Shown here: in pieces, positions 26,167 through 39,936 of the stretch
How the letters are laid out: the number at the start of each line of letters is the position of its first letter
Position numbering within the stretch: the first letter of the stretch is position 1
Source of the DNA: Octopus vulgaris
Lineage: Eukaryota
Assembly: GCA_951406725.2 (NCBI GenBank)
Contig: OX597832.1
Location: 58,342,001-58,406,000 of the forward strand
Length of the DNA: 64,000 bases
Reading direction: 5' to 3'
The notes under the pieces: model-generated
What the model saw: the letters and a program-made list of their open reading frames with translations, nothing else
What the model was told of the DNA's origin: nothing
Databases searched by the model: none
Made by a program: the position numbers and the translations under genes

Positions 26167-26472
26167 GGAGGCGCAATGGCCCAGTGGTTAGGGCAGCGGA
26201 CTCGCGGTCATAGGATCGCGGTTTTGACTCCCAGACCGGGCGTTGTGAGTGTTTATTGAGCGAAAACACCTAATGCTCCAGGAGGCTCCGGCAGGGGATG
26301 ATGGCAATTCCTGCTGTACTCTTTCGCCACAACTTTCTCTCAATCTTTCTTCTGTAGGCCTGCTCGCTTAGCCAGCAGGGTGGCGTCATTTGAAGGCTAC
26401 AACAATGCAAAGCGCATTGTGACCAGCGATGTGGAGCAGCGTCTGATAGCCTGGTCGGTCACGGTGATCACA

Positions 26473-26473
<1 letters not shown>
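26167..26473 (+). mobile_element. SINE family C within a TA tract
   Basis: ggaggcgcaatggcccagtggttagggcagcggactcgcgg...ggttttgactccc; A/B-box-like head shared with 21732-22034. Confidence 0.85.
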
Positions 26474-26537
<64 letters not shown>

Positions 26538-26596
26538 GTATATATACATACACACACACATGTATGAATAAATATATATTTATACACATATACACC

Positions 26597-26658
<62 letters not shown>

Positions 26659-26994
26659 CACACACACACACAGACACTGATGTTCAATTTGTTGAACGCG
26701 CATTTTACCGTGTTATTCATTCATAATTTTAAAAGCATGATTTGTAAAGCAACTCCGGAAGGATTCTCCTTGTAATACATGCTTAGAACGGGTCAGGTTA
26801 TGCTTAACATTTCGGAAGACGCTGAATCACTCCAGAATGAAAGAGACTAGTGAAGTTACTTTTTGACAAACGTCAGATTTCGGATTTGATAGTAATCATA
26901 AAAGAAGCGAGGGATGTTGTTATACTTATGCAATGTAGAGCATCCAGTCTGTAAAGAGAAGGGATGAGTTTCATTCCTTCAGATAACCCAAAAC

Positions 26995-27316
26995 TAGTAC
27001 TCCATTGGCTACGATAGTGAGGTCGGGTTTCATCTGATCCGATCAACAGAAAAGCATTCTCGTGATATGAATGTGCAAGTGGGCGAGCCCTCTACAGACA
27101 CGTTTACCCATAACATAGTTCTCAGGGAGATTCAGTGCCACACGGAATGCGACAAAGCTGGCTATTTGAAAGATATGTAGTATTCATTTTGCCAGTTGAT
27201 TGAACTAGAGCAACCTCAAATAAATAGTCCTACTCAAGGACACAACGTGCTGTCGGAAATCGAGCCCACGACCTTCCGATCGCTAGCCGAAAACCTTAAC
27301 CACGAAGCCACGCGCT
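26995..27316 (-). mobile_element. SINE family C variant
   Basis: ctcaaggacacaacg...aatcgagcccacgacc...ccttaaccacgaagccacgcgc; its 3' end also appears at 35285-35343. Confidence 0.7.
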
Positions 27317-27406
27317 CTCTCTTAGATAAAGTTATCTGAAAACCAGCAGACATCAGTCTAAGACTAAGTAATGAATGTGAGCTCTCGACAGAGATACAGA
27401 ATGTTA

Positions 27407-27805
27407 TACTCTCTTTTTCTCTTTTACTTGTTTCAGTCATTTGACTGCGGCCATGCTGGAGCACCGCCTTTAATCGAGCAACTCGACCCCGGGACTTATT
27501 CTTTTGTAAGCCCAGTACTTATTCTATCGGTCTCTTTTTGCCGAACCGCTAAGTGACGGGAACATAAACACACCAGCATCGGTTGTCAAGCAATGCTAGG
27601 GGGACAAACACAAACACGCATATATATATATATACATATATACGACGGGCTTCTTTTCAGTTTCCGTCTACCAAATCCACTCACAAGCTTTGGTCGGCCC
27701 GAGGCTATAGCAGAAGACACTTGCCCAAGGTGCCACGCAGTGGGACTGAACCCGGAACCATGTGGTTGGTAAACAAGCTACTTACCACACAGCCACTCCT
27801 GCGCC
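27407..27805 (-). mobile_element. SINE family A, full length
   Basis: Minus strand starts ggcgcaggagtggctgtgtggtaag and ends gaaacaagtaaaagagaaaaagag. Confidence 0.9.
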
Positions 27806-27974
27806 CGTTATGCATCTTTTTCTTATATAGATTTTAAACTCCCCCACTTTGTGTTCACTCGTCGTGCTTAGATTCAGCTTCTTCCATTGAACAGTCATCG
27901 ATGGAGAGCTCCCTCCTACGCTTCTCAATTAAGTTATGTTCCCTTCTTTCGCGTCCAAATTTATACGATCCTCC

Positions 27975-28173
27975 TAACTCTTTAGCATTCAGGTTATTCT
28001 ATCAAATGCAATACTTACATCATCAAATTGTTTTGAACTAATTATGCATTACATTGTAGCTTCGAAAGGTAGATAATGTGATTGTTTATTGTTAGAGTGA
28101 CATTGTAGAGTAGGTGTGCAAAGCCAGATCTGGCCAGTTGGAACATAAAAACAGGGAGAATATTTAGACCGGA
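27975..28173 (+). mobile_element. Truncated MITE-like repeat (piggyBac-type end)
   Basis: Starts taactctttagcattcag, resembling TTAA-CCC-type ends; the other end is absent, cut where the inverted duplication arm begins. Family recognition is from memory, not verified. Confidence 0.3.
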
Positions 28174-28359
28174 TACATATGTGTGTATGCATATGTATGT
28201 ATGTATGCATGTGTATATATATGTATGCATGAGTATGTATCTGTGTGTTTATGTATTGGCATAAAACCCAGGACATACACGCGAAAAAAGCAAAAACATT
28301 GCAACACATACCATAGCCTCATTCATAAACAGCGGCGCTCATACGCCCCTTCATCGATT
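28173..28359 (+). repeat. Left arm of a ~190-bp inverted duplication
   Basis: Reverse complement of 30304-30499 with few mismatches (aaaacccaggacatacacgc...cagcggcgctcatacg...ccttcatcgatt). Confidence 0.9.
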
Positions 28360-28910
28360 AATTGCTAAAAGGATAATTATACAATGCCCTCAACTATAAT
28401 CCTAGACTCAAACACTTCTCAAAATCTACGGAAGAGAGAACAACACACCATAATGTTCTAAACGAATCCAAGCATCTTCGGTGCAAATTCTCTCCAAGAT
28501 TTCTCAAACATATAACGATTTCTTCATCCAAAGATCTCTCAAAATCCACAAAATTACCAACGTCACACTATTGGACCTTGAAAGAAAAATTCAAGCAATC
28601 CAGAAACAAGCGTCCCGCAAGATATCAGACAGTTAAGTAAACGTACCACAGCTGCAATGGAAAGGAGACTACTCGGAAAACAAATCTGGACAATGTGTCG
28701 TATGCGTGGCAGTATGGTAAAAAGCTTACCTTATAATTTCATGGCTCCAGGTTCTTTCTCCCTTCATGGCACCTCGGGTAAGCCTTCTACAATAGCCTTG
28801 GGTCCACCAAACACCTGTGAGTGGATTAAAGAAACCTATCCTGCATATATATATATATACATACACACACACATATATATATACACACATACAAACACAC
28901 ACACTCACTC

Positions 28911-28951
<41 letters not shown>

Positions 28952-29430
28952 CACACACACACACATAGAAAAAGAGTCAATGTAGAAAATACCTCATTTT
29001 AGGTGCCTAATTCAACTGAAAATTAATTATATATGTATATATATATAAATATATGTGTGTGTGTGTGTGTGAGTGTATGTATATGTATATGTATAGATAC
29101 ATACAAACACATTTTCAGTATTTTCCAAGTATTGTATACACAGACAGTCAGTCAGTACAGACGCGCGAATGGAGAAATACATACATGTCTTCATAAGCAT
29201 TATATATCTATCTATGTATCTATACAAATGTACAGGAGCATACACACACTCACAAACACACACACACACAGACATATACACACACATACATACACATATA
29301 TATATACATATATGTATAGGCCCATTTTTTTCTTGACCCAGATAATCAAATAATATTGCACACATATTATTATATCGATAAGTCAGAAAATATATTGCCC
29401 TAATCGATAATTTTGCGTGCGCATACATAC

Positions 29431-29489
<59 letters not shown>

Positions 29490-29828
29490 TATATATGTGT
29501 GTATGTGTGTGCGTTTGTGACGGTGTACACATATATGTCTACGGGTCTATATATCTCTTTGTATTTTTTTACGAATGTGAATATGTATTAGATGCGCTGA
29601 TGTGCGCCATGGGATTTCTCTGTGTGTGTTTTATCAAAGAAATGTGGAAGTGTTCATATAAAGCATTCGTTTCAACGAGAGAATGTATGTATAGATGTAA
29701 GTACGAATTCTATTTAGGTGTAGACATCCACGCAGGCGCGCACACGCATACACACATACACACTCATAAATGTAAACGTACTCATCATACATACATACAT
29801 ACACACATACATGAACGCTAATATATAC

Positions 29829-29884
<56 letters not shown>

Positions 29885-29892
<8 letters not shown>

Positions 29893-30063
29893 ATACATAT
29901 ATATGCATATATACATATGATATATGCATATATATATATAAAGAGAGATAAATACATATATATGCATATATACATATGATATATGCTTATATATATAGAG
30001 AGAGAGATATAAATACATATAAATGCATATATACATATGATATAAGTATATATATATATATAT

Positions 30064-30094
<31 letters not shown>

Positions 30095-30130
30095 AATACA
30101 TATATATGCATATATACATATGATATATCC
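29885..30130 (+). repeat. TA-derived minisatellite, 4 units of ~60-80 bp
   Basis: ataaatacatata.atgcatatatacatatgatata recurs at ~29888, 29947, 30008 and 30092. Confidence 0.75.
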
Positions 30131-30219
30131 ATATATATATATATACTCATATGTGTATATTTACATATATATATTTATACACATACACACACACACACAC
30201 ACATATATATATTCATATA

Positions 30220-30264
<45 letters not shown>

Positions 30265-30303
30265 GCCCCTGGCACTATATTGATATTTGTAGTGTGTCCA
30301 CCG

Positions 30304-30499
30304 AATCGATGAAGGACCGTATGAGCGCCGCTGTTTATGAATGAGGCTATGGTATGCGTTGCAATGTTTTTGCTTTTTTTTGCGTGTATGTCCTGGGTTT
30401 TGTGCCAATACATAAACACACAGATACATACTCATGCATACATATATATACACATGCATACATACATACATACGTACATATGCATACACACATATGTAT
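30304..30499 (-). repeat. Right arm of the inverted duplication
   Basis: See 28173-28359. Confidence 0.9.
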
Positions 30500-30907
30500 A
30501 TATATATACGCATTCAAACAAACAGACGCGTATTTCTTTTTAATTGTTTTTCTTTTTGTTGTTGTTCAGCCCAAGGTCATTTATGATCGAATGGACCGAT
30601 GATCAAAGGCAATCTATTCATGATCATACATCACGTCTGTTTCCTGTGTGTAAGGGAGCGCAAGACCAGATTATCCCAACGCGTCCCTCTCTAACTTTAC
30701 AGACGAGTTACGATGTCAGAAATATGCGTTTGCTATTTCTAGCATGACGGATGTCCACTAGCATGTCTCTCTCATTGGTTCGTTTAGTCGACATACTTCA
30801 TGAATCAATGACTGTGTGTGTGTGTGTGTGTGTATGTGTGTGTGTGTGTGTGTGAGTGTATGTGTGTGTATTCGGAATATGTGTAAATGTGTATAGAATA
30901 ATATATC

Positions 30908-30955
<48 letters not shown>

Positions 30956-31048
30956 CAAACACTTTGATTGTGACTGTGTGTATGACGTATTTGTGCGTGT
31001 GCAACTGTTGCTGTGTTTGCTTTTTTTATGTCTGTGAGGATGTGTGTG

Positions 31049-31083
<35 letters not shown>

Positions 31084-31379
31084 GTTTGTGTGTGTGTGTG
31101 AGTGTGTGTTTCTGCATGCGTGTGTTGCACTTTAGCAGAATATATTTTGCGCAAATGTGATAAATTCAAGCATCTGCTATTGTATGCCGCGTCCTAGTTG
31201 TGTTTTTAGCCCCATTTATACTAGTAGACGTTTGTAACCCCCGTTTAGGGCTTGCGTGTAAACATAAGAGTATATATATATACATAGATATCGGTCTGTT
31301 TATCACTGTCTATTTATCTATCTATCATTCTGTCTATTTGTCTCCCCGGCTGTCTATCCATCTATCTGTCTGTCTGTCT

Positions 31380-31745
<366 letters not shown>

Positions 31746-31910
31746 TATCCATCTGTCTATTTGTCTGTCTATCTCCCTATGCTAATATGATATATGTATG
31801 TGTGTGTGTGTGTGTATATGTGTGTGCATATATGTATGCCTGTAAGCGTATATCTATATATAAATACGTGTGTGTGTGTGAGAGAGTATGTATATATATA
31901 TATATATATT

Positions 31911-32026
<116 letters not shown>

Positions 32027-32334
32027 ACATACATACATATAAACATACATATATATGTATGCATATCTGTCTATCTACATACATATATATGTACACGTAT
32101 GCGCTCGTTCTACTTTGTTGAATGCTTAACTGTTAAGAATCATCTGTTGCTCTTCGTCTATGCACAGAACAGACCTACTTCAAAGGCTACAATTTCGTAA
32201 ATTGGAACTTGTTTTCATGCTGGAAACATTACATTTACCTACTGACATTCAACATCAATCACGGTCGATAGTCGCTGATGGACTCTAGTGTACAACAAAA
32301 TATGCAGACGGTCTGTAAAAACACAAAAATTGGA

Positions 32335-32389
<55 letters not shown>

Positions 32390-32449
32390 TTATCAAAAAT
32401 TCAACAAGAGGAGGTTCAACAGAAACACGATATCTACTGCCATCACTAC

Positions 32450-33720
32450 CAATAAACAACATCATTACGACTACCACCATCACTATCACAACCACTACCA
32501 TCAACATCGGCCATTAATCACTATCAACACTATTATCTCCACCGCAGCAATCATATCCGCGATTACAATAAGCACCACATCCACGACTGCCATCATCGCC
32601 GTCACCGCCATCACGAGCAACTACTACCTCCACCACCACCACCACCACCACCACCACCACCACTACTCTACCTGCAGAACACCAACACCAGCACCAACAC
32701 CAACACCGAGACCAACACTATCACCACCACCACCACCGTCACCACCACCACCACTACGACCACACCACCACTCCACCTGCGGAACACTAGCACCAACACC
32801 AATGCTCTCACTACCAGTACTACTACTACTACAACTACTACTACTACTACCACCACCACCATCACCAACGACACCACGACCGCCGCCGCTACCATCACCA
32901 CCACCACCACCACGACCGCAACCGCCCCCACCGCCACCGCCGTCACCACCACCACCACTACCACCTCTACCTCCACCACCGTCTCTAGCCCATATCACCA
33001 GGAATGCCGCCGCCGCCGCCGCCACCACCACCACCACCACCACCACCAACGAGAAAAACAACAACAACATCTTTACCATTATCAATCACCAACACCAGTA
33101 TAGTCACTGCCTCCTCCCACCAATCTGCCATCACTACCTCTACCTCCACCTCCTCCGGAAGGGTATTATAAACGATAGCAATTCAAAAAAACTTGCCTTT
33201 AAAGTTTACGCAGACGCCATTTTGATGTCCTGCGTTTAAAAAATAAACAAACGTAGGATATACACGAAATATATATTAAGAAATATCAAAAGATACAATT
33301 ATAAAAAATCAGTAAAATGTAAAACAAACACTGCCACTAACGTTGCTGGTGCTGATGGTGATGGTGATGGTTATGGTGGTGGCGATGGTGGCGACGATGA
33401 TGGTGATGGAGATGGTGATACTGATGATGATGGATTTGGTGGTGCTAGTGATGCCTATACCGATGATGATGATGATAATGATGATGAGAAGGAAGAGGAG
33501 GGAAACGAGAATATGGAAGAAGAAGAAGAAGAAGAAGAAGAAGAAGAAAAAGAAAAGAAGAGGAAGAAGGAGAAGAAGAAGAGGGGTAGTAGGAGCAGGA
33601 GAAAGATGTGGAATGAGTAAAAGGTGAAGAACGAAGAAAAGAATGAGAAATAGGAGGCGAAGGAGGAAAAGAAGGAGGAGTAGCAGGGGAGAAGAAGGAG
33701 GAAGTAATGTTGAAAGTAGT
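32450..33720. repeat. Degenerate trinucleotide mosaics: (CAC)/(TAC)/(GCC), then (GGT)/(GAT)/(GAA)
   Basis: Direct reading; source of the Pro/His/Gly-rich ORFs. Confidence 0.85.
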
Positions 33721-33954
33721 TGTGGTGTTTCGTTTCAGGTCAGTTCTGTTTAAGTATAATACCTATTTATTACGTTCAAAAGCGTTGCACTTCCGATCGG
33801 GTTGTCTTCAAGTTAAGTGTATCCTTTTAGAGTGCGATATAAGAAAAATATACGTAATCAACCTGATTTCACCATTAACAATATATCTGACGTCAATTTT
33901 GAAGCAAGTCTGTGTTAGCATCAACTTCTCAAAGCTTGTATTAATATAACGTTT

Positions 33955-34300
33955 ATGTTTTATCCTTTATATGTGTCAGTCATTGGACTGCATCAATGCT
34001 GGGGCACCGCCTTCAAGGGTTTCAGTCAAACAAATCGGGGTCAATACTTGTTTTTTTTTATTTTAAAGTCTCTTTCTTATTATATTGAAGTTCTTTTGTT
34101 GAATGGCTAAGTTAAAGGAGCATAGACCAACCAATATCAGTTGTCAAGTATTGAGGGTGGCAGACACAAACACACACATGCCCGCACGCACCCACGTATG
34201 AACGACGGACTTTTGTAATTTTCTATCAACAGAATACATTCGCAAGGCCTTGGTCAGTCCGGAGCTATAATAGGAGACACGTGCTCAAAGGGTCAGGCAA
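33955..34300 (-). mobile_element. SINE family A, old copy
   Basis: cagtcattggactgc...gctggggcaccgcc...gttgtcaag...gctataataggagacac. Confidence 0.7.
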
Positions 34301-34843
34301 TAGTTTTAAGATTAAAATATTTCTGTAGAAACCTCAAAACCCCTTGACCACTGTCCGGTAACTGGAAAAAAAATCAGATAAGAGAGTATAACCGTGGGAA
34401 ATATCTTTCTATAACCAAACTGAGTAAATTTCATATATACCACGTGATCCCGTGATCACGTGATCGAGCAGACTATTTTTCTTGTTTGTCTCAATTGGAA
34501 TCAAATAAAGAAACCCCCTCCCCATTGATAAATCTAAATAACAAAGTGAACTCAGTGATTACAAATCTACAGATGGGGAAAGACCTTCTACTACCATGTT
34601 CTTAATGATAAAATTAACCTCTCTGTCTATATATCTGCCATCTTTGTAATGTTGGCAAATGAAATAAGTATAAAAATGCACATTGTCTATTTAATAAAAA
34701 AAATCTATATGTGGCTGAAGGTTGCTTTACATTTTAAAACTGATGTAATACTTAAATTGTTTAATAAAATGAAGTAGCATGAAACGATTGTACTACACTA
34801 CCTTGGATATCCTTGTTGCTTGTTTTAAGTATATATATATATA

Positions 34844-35240
34844 TCTTTATATATAAAAGTCAAGTTGTGTGTCTGTCTCCTACGATTTAGATTCCTAACT
34901 ACTCCCACATTTTGCGGTGCAGTTTAACCAAAACCGGGTATCTTATAGTCGTGATTCATATCGAGCTCTTCTGGATATTAACGCGCGTCTACGATGAGTC
35001 TACGATTAAAAAAAAAATTTACCATCATTTTTTCCATTTTAATGCATTTTTTTCGCTATTATATAAAGGAAGTAACTCTCTAAAAATGTCTACGATGAGT
35101 CAACGATTTAAAAAAAAATTTACCATCACTTTTTTTCCATTTTTAATGCATTTTGTTGCTATTTTTTGGCTATAACTCTCTAAAAATGCTTATATAGTTA
35201 TTTCCCTCACAAACCCGAGCAACACCGGGCGATACTGCTA

Positions 35241-35241
<1 letters not shown>
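34844..35241 (+). mobile_element. Non-autonomous Helitron with internal ~100-bp tandem duplication
   Basis: a|TCtttatatataaaagtc ... subterminal hairpin cccg-agcaacac-cggg (35214-35229) ... actgCTAG|t; tctacgatgagtc..aaaaatttaccatca..taactctctaaaaatg occurs twice; inserted in a TA run. Confidence 0.85.
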
Positions 35242-35283
<42 letters not shown>

Positions 35284-35343
35284 ACCGGTATTCCATCGGT
35301 TACGATGACGTGTTTTCCAGTTGATTTGATCAACGGAACACCC

Positions 35344-35550
35344 TGCGTGGTACCTTGGGCAAGTGTCTTCTACTATAGTCTCGGCCTGCCTGGACGCTTG
35401 TGAGTGGATTTGGTGGAGGGTTTATGAAAGAAGCTCATTATATAGATAGATAAATATATGCATATATCTCTTGATAGATAAATAGAAATATAGATATATG
35501 TAAACGTATATATATATATATATATATATATATACTTGTGTATGTGTGTG

Positions 35551-35583
<33 letters not shown>

Positions 35584-35790
35584 GTGTGTGTGTGCATGTA
35601 TGTCTCTTTGTCCGTGATCACTGTTTAATAAGCGGTGTTGATGTGTTTAGGTCTTTGTAACCGAGTGGTTCGACAAAAGAGATTGATAGAATATTAGTAG
35701 TTTTTCGATTCATTCTACAAAAAATTCTTCAAGGTGGTGCCCCAGCCTGACCACAATCTAATGAGTGAAACAAGTAAAGGATAAAAAATA
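35344..35790 (+). mobile_element. SINE family A (5'-truncated, expanded internal microsatellite)
   Basis: tgcgtggtaccttgggcaagtgtcttctactatag...gtgagtggatttgg...gaaacaagtaaagg. Confidence 0.8.
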
Positions 35791-37479
35791 TCAAAAGGTG
35801 GTACGAAATCGAAAACATAAACTCAAAGAATTCTAAATAATATCAAAGAACCAAAATCGTCATGCTATCAATCCTTGAGAGCATTTAATGTTAGAATTCA
35901 TCACTGAATTTCCATAGTAATATAGATGGCGTGAGGGTATCTAAGCTGGTATAAAAACATGAAATCTACCTTCAAAATTTGCAGAAATATCTATTTGAAC
36001 GGCGACGTATGGAACTTAGTATCAGATGCCAAAAACGAAAATGAAAACAAAGCAAAACGTCAATAATCACTGAATATATATTCAGTATCGCATAGCGAAG
36101 TATGGTAAACATTATCGATAAATATAATCGATTTACAAAAGTAAGTATCAAACCATGAAAGTATCAAATCAATTTATAAAGATCAGATATCAAAGTGTCC
36201 ATGAATGTATGAGAGTAGTTTTGAAATAGCTCAAATCTGTATCAATTTATCACAAAATCAGAGTCTCAAAGCATCAATGTATGAAAGTCTGAAACAAACA
36301 CCAATCAATGATCAAACAGGGATCGATCATCAAACGCTCAAAATTAGTATCACTACATCAAAGTCTCAAGGTCAGTACGAATGCATTGATATAAGACAAA
36401 TGTTACTAATGCTTCCAAAAATAGGAAAATAGGCATTGAAGTGTAACAAATGTACCAACATGAGTTTCAACTCATTTGATAATGGAAATTAGATACTCTG
36501 CGAGTATCAACGACTGAATCGATATACAAAAAAGATGCTATAGACGTGTGGATATCAATTTCATCAGTATCAGCATAAAATCCATTAACTTATCAAAATG
36601 AGTACCAAGTACGAAAGTCGGTGTATGATATTAAATATAGCTTCAGAAATCTGAATCAGTATCAAGCTTTTGACTGAATGCACACGAGTAACAAATAATT
36701 AAACTTAGATCAAAGCGTGCACAATCTCACACTATCTAATTTAGTACTAAAGGTTCAGATTATCAAATAGAGTGCTAATGTGCCGAAATCCTTATCAAAG
36801 AAACAAAGACGAGCTTCAAGAGACCACCGAATTATTAAAGTGCCCAAGTTAGCAGTTAATTCTTAGAGTGCATTACTGTGATAAATTAGATTGTTAAATA
36901 TTAAAGTAAATACTATATTATAATAACAGAAAAAAAGCTTTGCATAAAATCAGCGAAATTACTATCAACTTTTAAGTTTAGTAAATGTCAAGAGAGTGAA
37001 TGATAATAACTGCTTGATATGAAAATATTAATTTCAGCATTTTAGTATTACAAGGTCAAATAAGTACTGGAACGGTGAAGGGAGTGTAGAATATATCGAA
37101 CTCGGGATCAAAAATTTCATATAGAACTCGATATTGTAATGTCAAAGTGAACATCAGTGTAAGAAGAATAGAACCAAAAGACATTCAATAATCAGATATT
37201 GTTACACAGAGTATGTTACACAGGAATGGGATTAATAATGTGTTTAAATATTAAATCCGGTATCAAATATGGAAATATCAAATCAAGTATTAAAGTTTAT
37301 TAGCTTCAAATATCAAATGTATTTCATTATGATATCTAGTTCAAGGATCAAATATAATAGACTTCACAATGAGGCATCAAGCTGTTAAAATAAGTCCCAT
37401 GGTAATGTTCAAGTCTTAATCTTTCAAAGTTGAATTTTAGAGTATAGAATATCATTGTGTATCAAACATTTTGAGGGGA

Positions 37480-38245
37480 CGAGAACAAGTAGGCTATACC
37501 GAACCCCAATACATGGCTGGTATCTATTTTATTGAGCCTGAAAGGAAGAAAGATAAAGTAGACCTCAACGGAATGTAAACACAGAACGTGTTAGCTTCTT
37601 TTCTACTCTAGGCACAAGGCCCGAAATTTTTGGGAGGGGGCTAGTCGATTAGATTAACTGCAGTACGTAACTGGTACTTAATTTATCGACTCCGGAATGA
37701 TGAAAGGCAAATTCGACCTCGGCAGAATTTCAACCCATAATAATCTTTTCTACTCTACGCACAAGGTCCGAAATCTTTGAGGGTGGTTGCAGTCGATTAG
37801 ATCGACCCCAATACGCAACTGGTAATTAATTTATCCATCCCGAAAGTATGAAAGGCAAAGTCGACCTCGGCGAAATCTGAATTCAGAACATAAAGACAGA
37901 CGAAATACCGCTAGGCATTTCCCCCAGCGTGCTAACGTTTCCTATTTCTTTATTGCCCACAAGGGGATAAACATAGAGGGGACAAACAGGGACAGACAAA
38001 GAGATTAAGTTGATTAGATCGACCTCAGTGCGTAACTGGTGCTTAATTTATCGACCCCCAAAGGATGAAAGGCAAAGTCGACCTCGGCGGCATTTGAACT
38101 TAGAACGTAAAGACAGACGAAATACCGCTAAGCACTTCGCCCGGCGTGCTTAACGTTTCCGCCAGCTCGCTGTCTTAGAACATGTTACCTTCTGAGGAAG
38201 AAATACCGCTCGAAATTTTGTCCGACCTGGTGATTCCGTCAGCGA
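37480..38245 (-). mobile_element. Cluster of family B SINEs: a trimer (37594-38176) nested in an older copy
   Basis: Three atgaaaggcaaa.tcgacctcggc bodies plus a head (gccagctcgc 38161-38170); agaac(g/a)tgtta at 37583-37593 and 38177-38187. Confidence 0.8.
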
Positions 38246-39149
38246 AATATCCTTTACGTATAAAATATTAAAATCAATATTAAAATATTGCAGTCAGCAT
38301 GAAACATAAAATGGCGCAAATTTGACTTACAATCGTTGTATGAAACACAATGACAAGTGTGAATGCGAATATAGTGTACAAGCATCATCAAAATATCAAA
38401 GGTCATAAACTGGTAAAAAAATGTGATTTTGTATCTAAGTAAAAAATGTAGTGGTAACATACACGAGTATTAGCATATCTGATAAAGTATCGAAGTATGA
38501 AATAATTAGTGCTTATTAGACTAACAAACTTTGTCTAATAGTATTAAGTTATTAACGTCACACTTCCCTTAAAATTCAATATTTTACCGCATGTCACGTT
38601 AAATTATCTAAGTTTAATCTATTTGTATATTAAAGCAAATTTTTGAAGTAGGTATATGTCATCATTAGGTGTAATGTATTATATTATTTAAGTTAACACG
38701 AAATAGTCGAGTTAGTATTAATATTAGTATATATTTCTATATCACAATAATATTTATGTGTGAAAGTAAGTTTTCAATTTATCTGCAAATGCAACAGCGT
38801 TCAAATCAGAATGAATAATCAAACCGAGTTCCAAGTATTAATTCACTAACACGCGCGCGCGCCTATAGTTACTGTTGGTATATCAGATATCAAAGACACA
38901 AAATGGCGGCATTTTAGAACGATTAGAATCAGCTCCAGATGTCTGTATCAAATTAGCAAAACCAGAATAATAAAGCAGGAAAATATGGTGGCACAATGTC
39001 AAATTTAAAAGTTAATATCTGATACAAAATCAGCACCAACACAACAACAAAAAAAAAACATGTAAATACATTATTTTGAAAGTGCTAAGAATAGAAAAGA
39101 AAATTTTAAAGTAAAAAGTTAAGTTTCAAATTACAGAAATGAGTTTCAA

Positions 39150-39325
39150 AATGTGGGTTTCCATTATTTCCATTATTTACATTATTTACATTTGACGGAT
39201 ATTTGTCCTCATCTTGTTTGTTGTTAACCCAACGTTTCGGCTGATATACAGCCCAGTCTTCATCAAATGTCTTGGAGAAATTTCGAACATGGGTTCTCAT
39301 TCTTGAGGTATTTTCCGATGCTGTT
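39150..39325 (-). mobile_element. Family H3 PLE-like fragment with degenerate hammerhead motif 39226-39271
   Basis: Minus strand gacat-TTGATGA-a-gactg-ggctgtatat-cagcc-GAAACGTT-gggtt; 3' end has short aatgtaaat repeats. Confidence 0.5.
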
Positions 39326-39382
39326 GTTGTATTATTATTATTATTATTATTATCATCATTATTATTATTATTATTATTATCA

Positions 39383-39419
<37 letters not shown>

Positions 39420-39420
<1 letters not shown>

Positions 39421-39865
39421 TTCCGTCTTTCTTCAAATTTTCTTCAATTTCTCGCCGGGTGTTTTCCGTACACCTAGAGCAGAGAAGCTCATTGAATGCA
39501 TTCCTATATTACACACGCAAATTCACAGGTAAAATATGTATTTAAAAAAGTTAATAAATAAATTCATGAATGGATGTTGTTTTCACAGCGATAATGCTCT
39601 TTTCAGTACATGAGTCGTTCCAGTTAACACGACTTTTTGCACTTTCTGTAGGGATGGTAAACCTGGTATCATTTTCAAATAGGTTTCAGTACCTTTTTTT
39701 TTTTATCATTCTTAGAGATTCTACAATCACTGTTACTGTAATCGCCTTGAAACGCCACATTTTTTTCAATTTCTATAAGCAAGTCTTTATATTTACTGAT
39801 TTTGTCAAATTCTTTTGCTGCTATATTGTGATCGCAAGGAATACTCATGTCAATTAATAAACAAT
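39420..39865 (-). mobile_element. R4/Dong-like non-LTR 3' fragment (RLE C-terminus plus 3' UTR)
   Basis: CLLIDMSIPCDHNIAAKEFDKISKYKDLLIEIEK, then after frameshifts TETYLKMIPGLPSLQKVQKVVLTGTTHVLKRALSL*; flanked by (TAA)n on both sides. Confidence 0.8.
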
Positions 39866-39871
39866 TATTAT

Positions 39872-39936
<65 letters not shown>

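Noticed and set aside
26167-26240. tRNA gene candidates (also ~21960-22034, 16842-16910, 57740-57800)
   Set aside because: A/B-box-like heads continue into SINE bodies and no complete cloverleaf is evident.
28370-28650. Possible CR1/L2 LINE 3' relic
   Set aside because: A-rich and LINE-like, but no diagnostic motif is recoverable.
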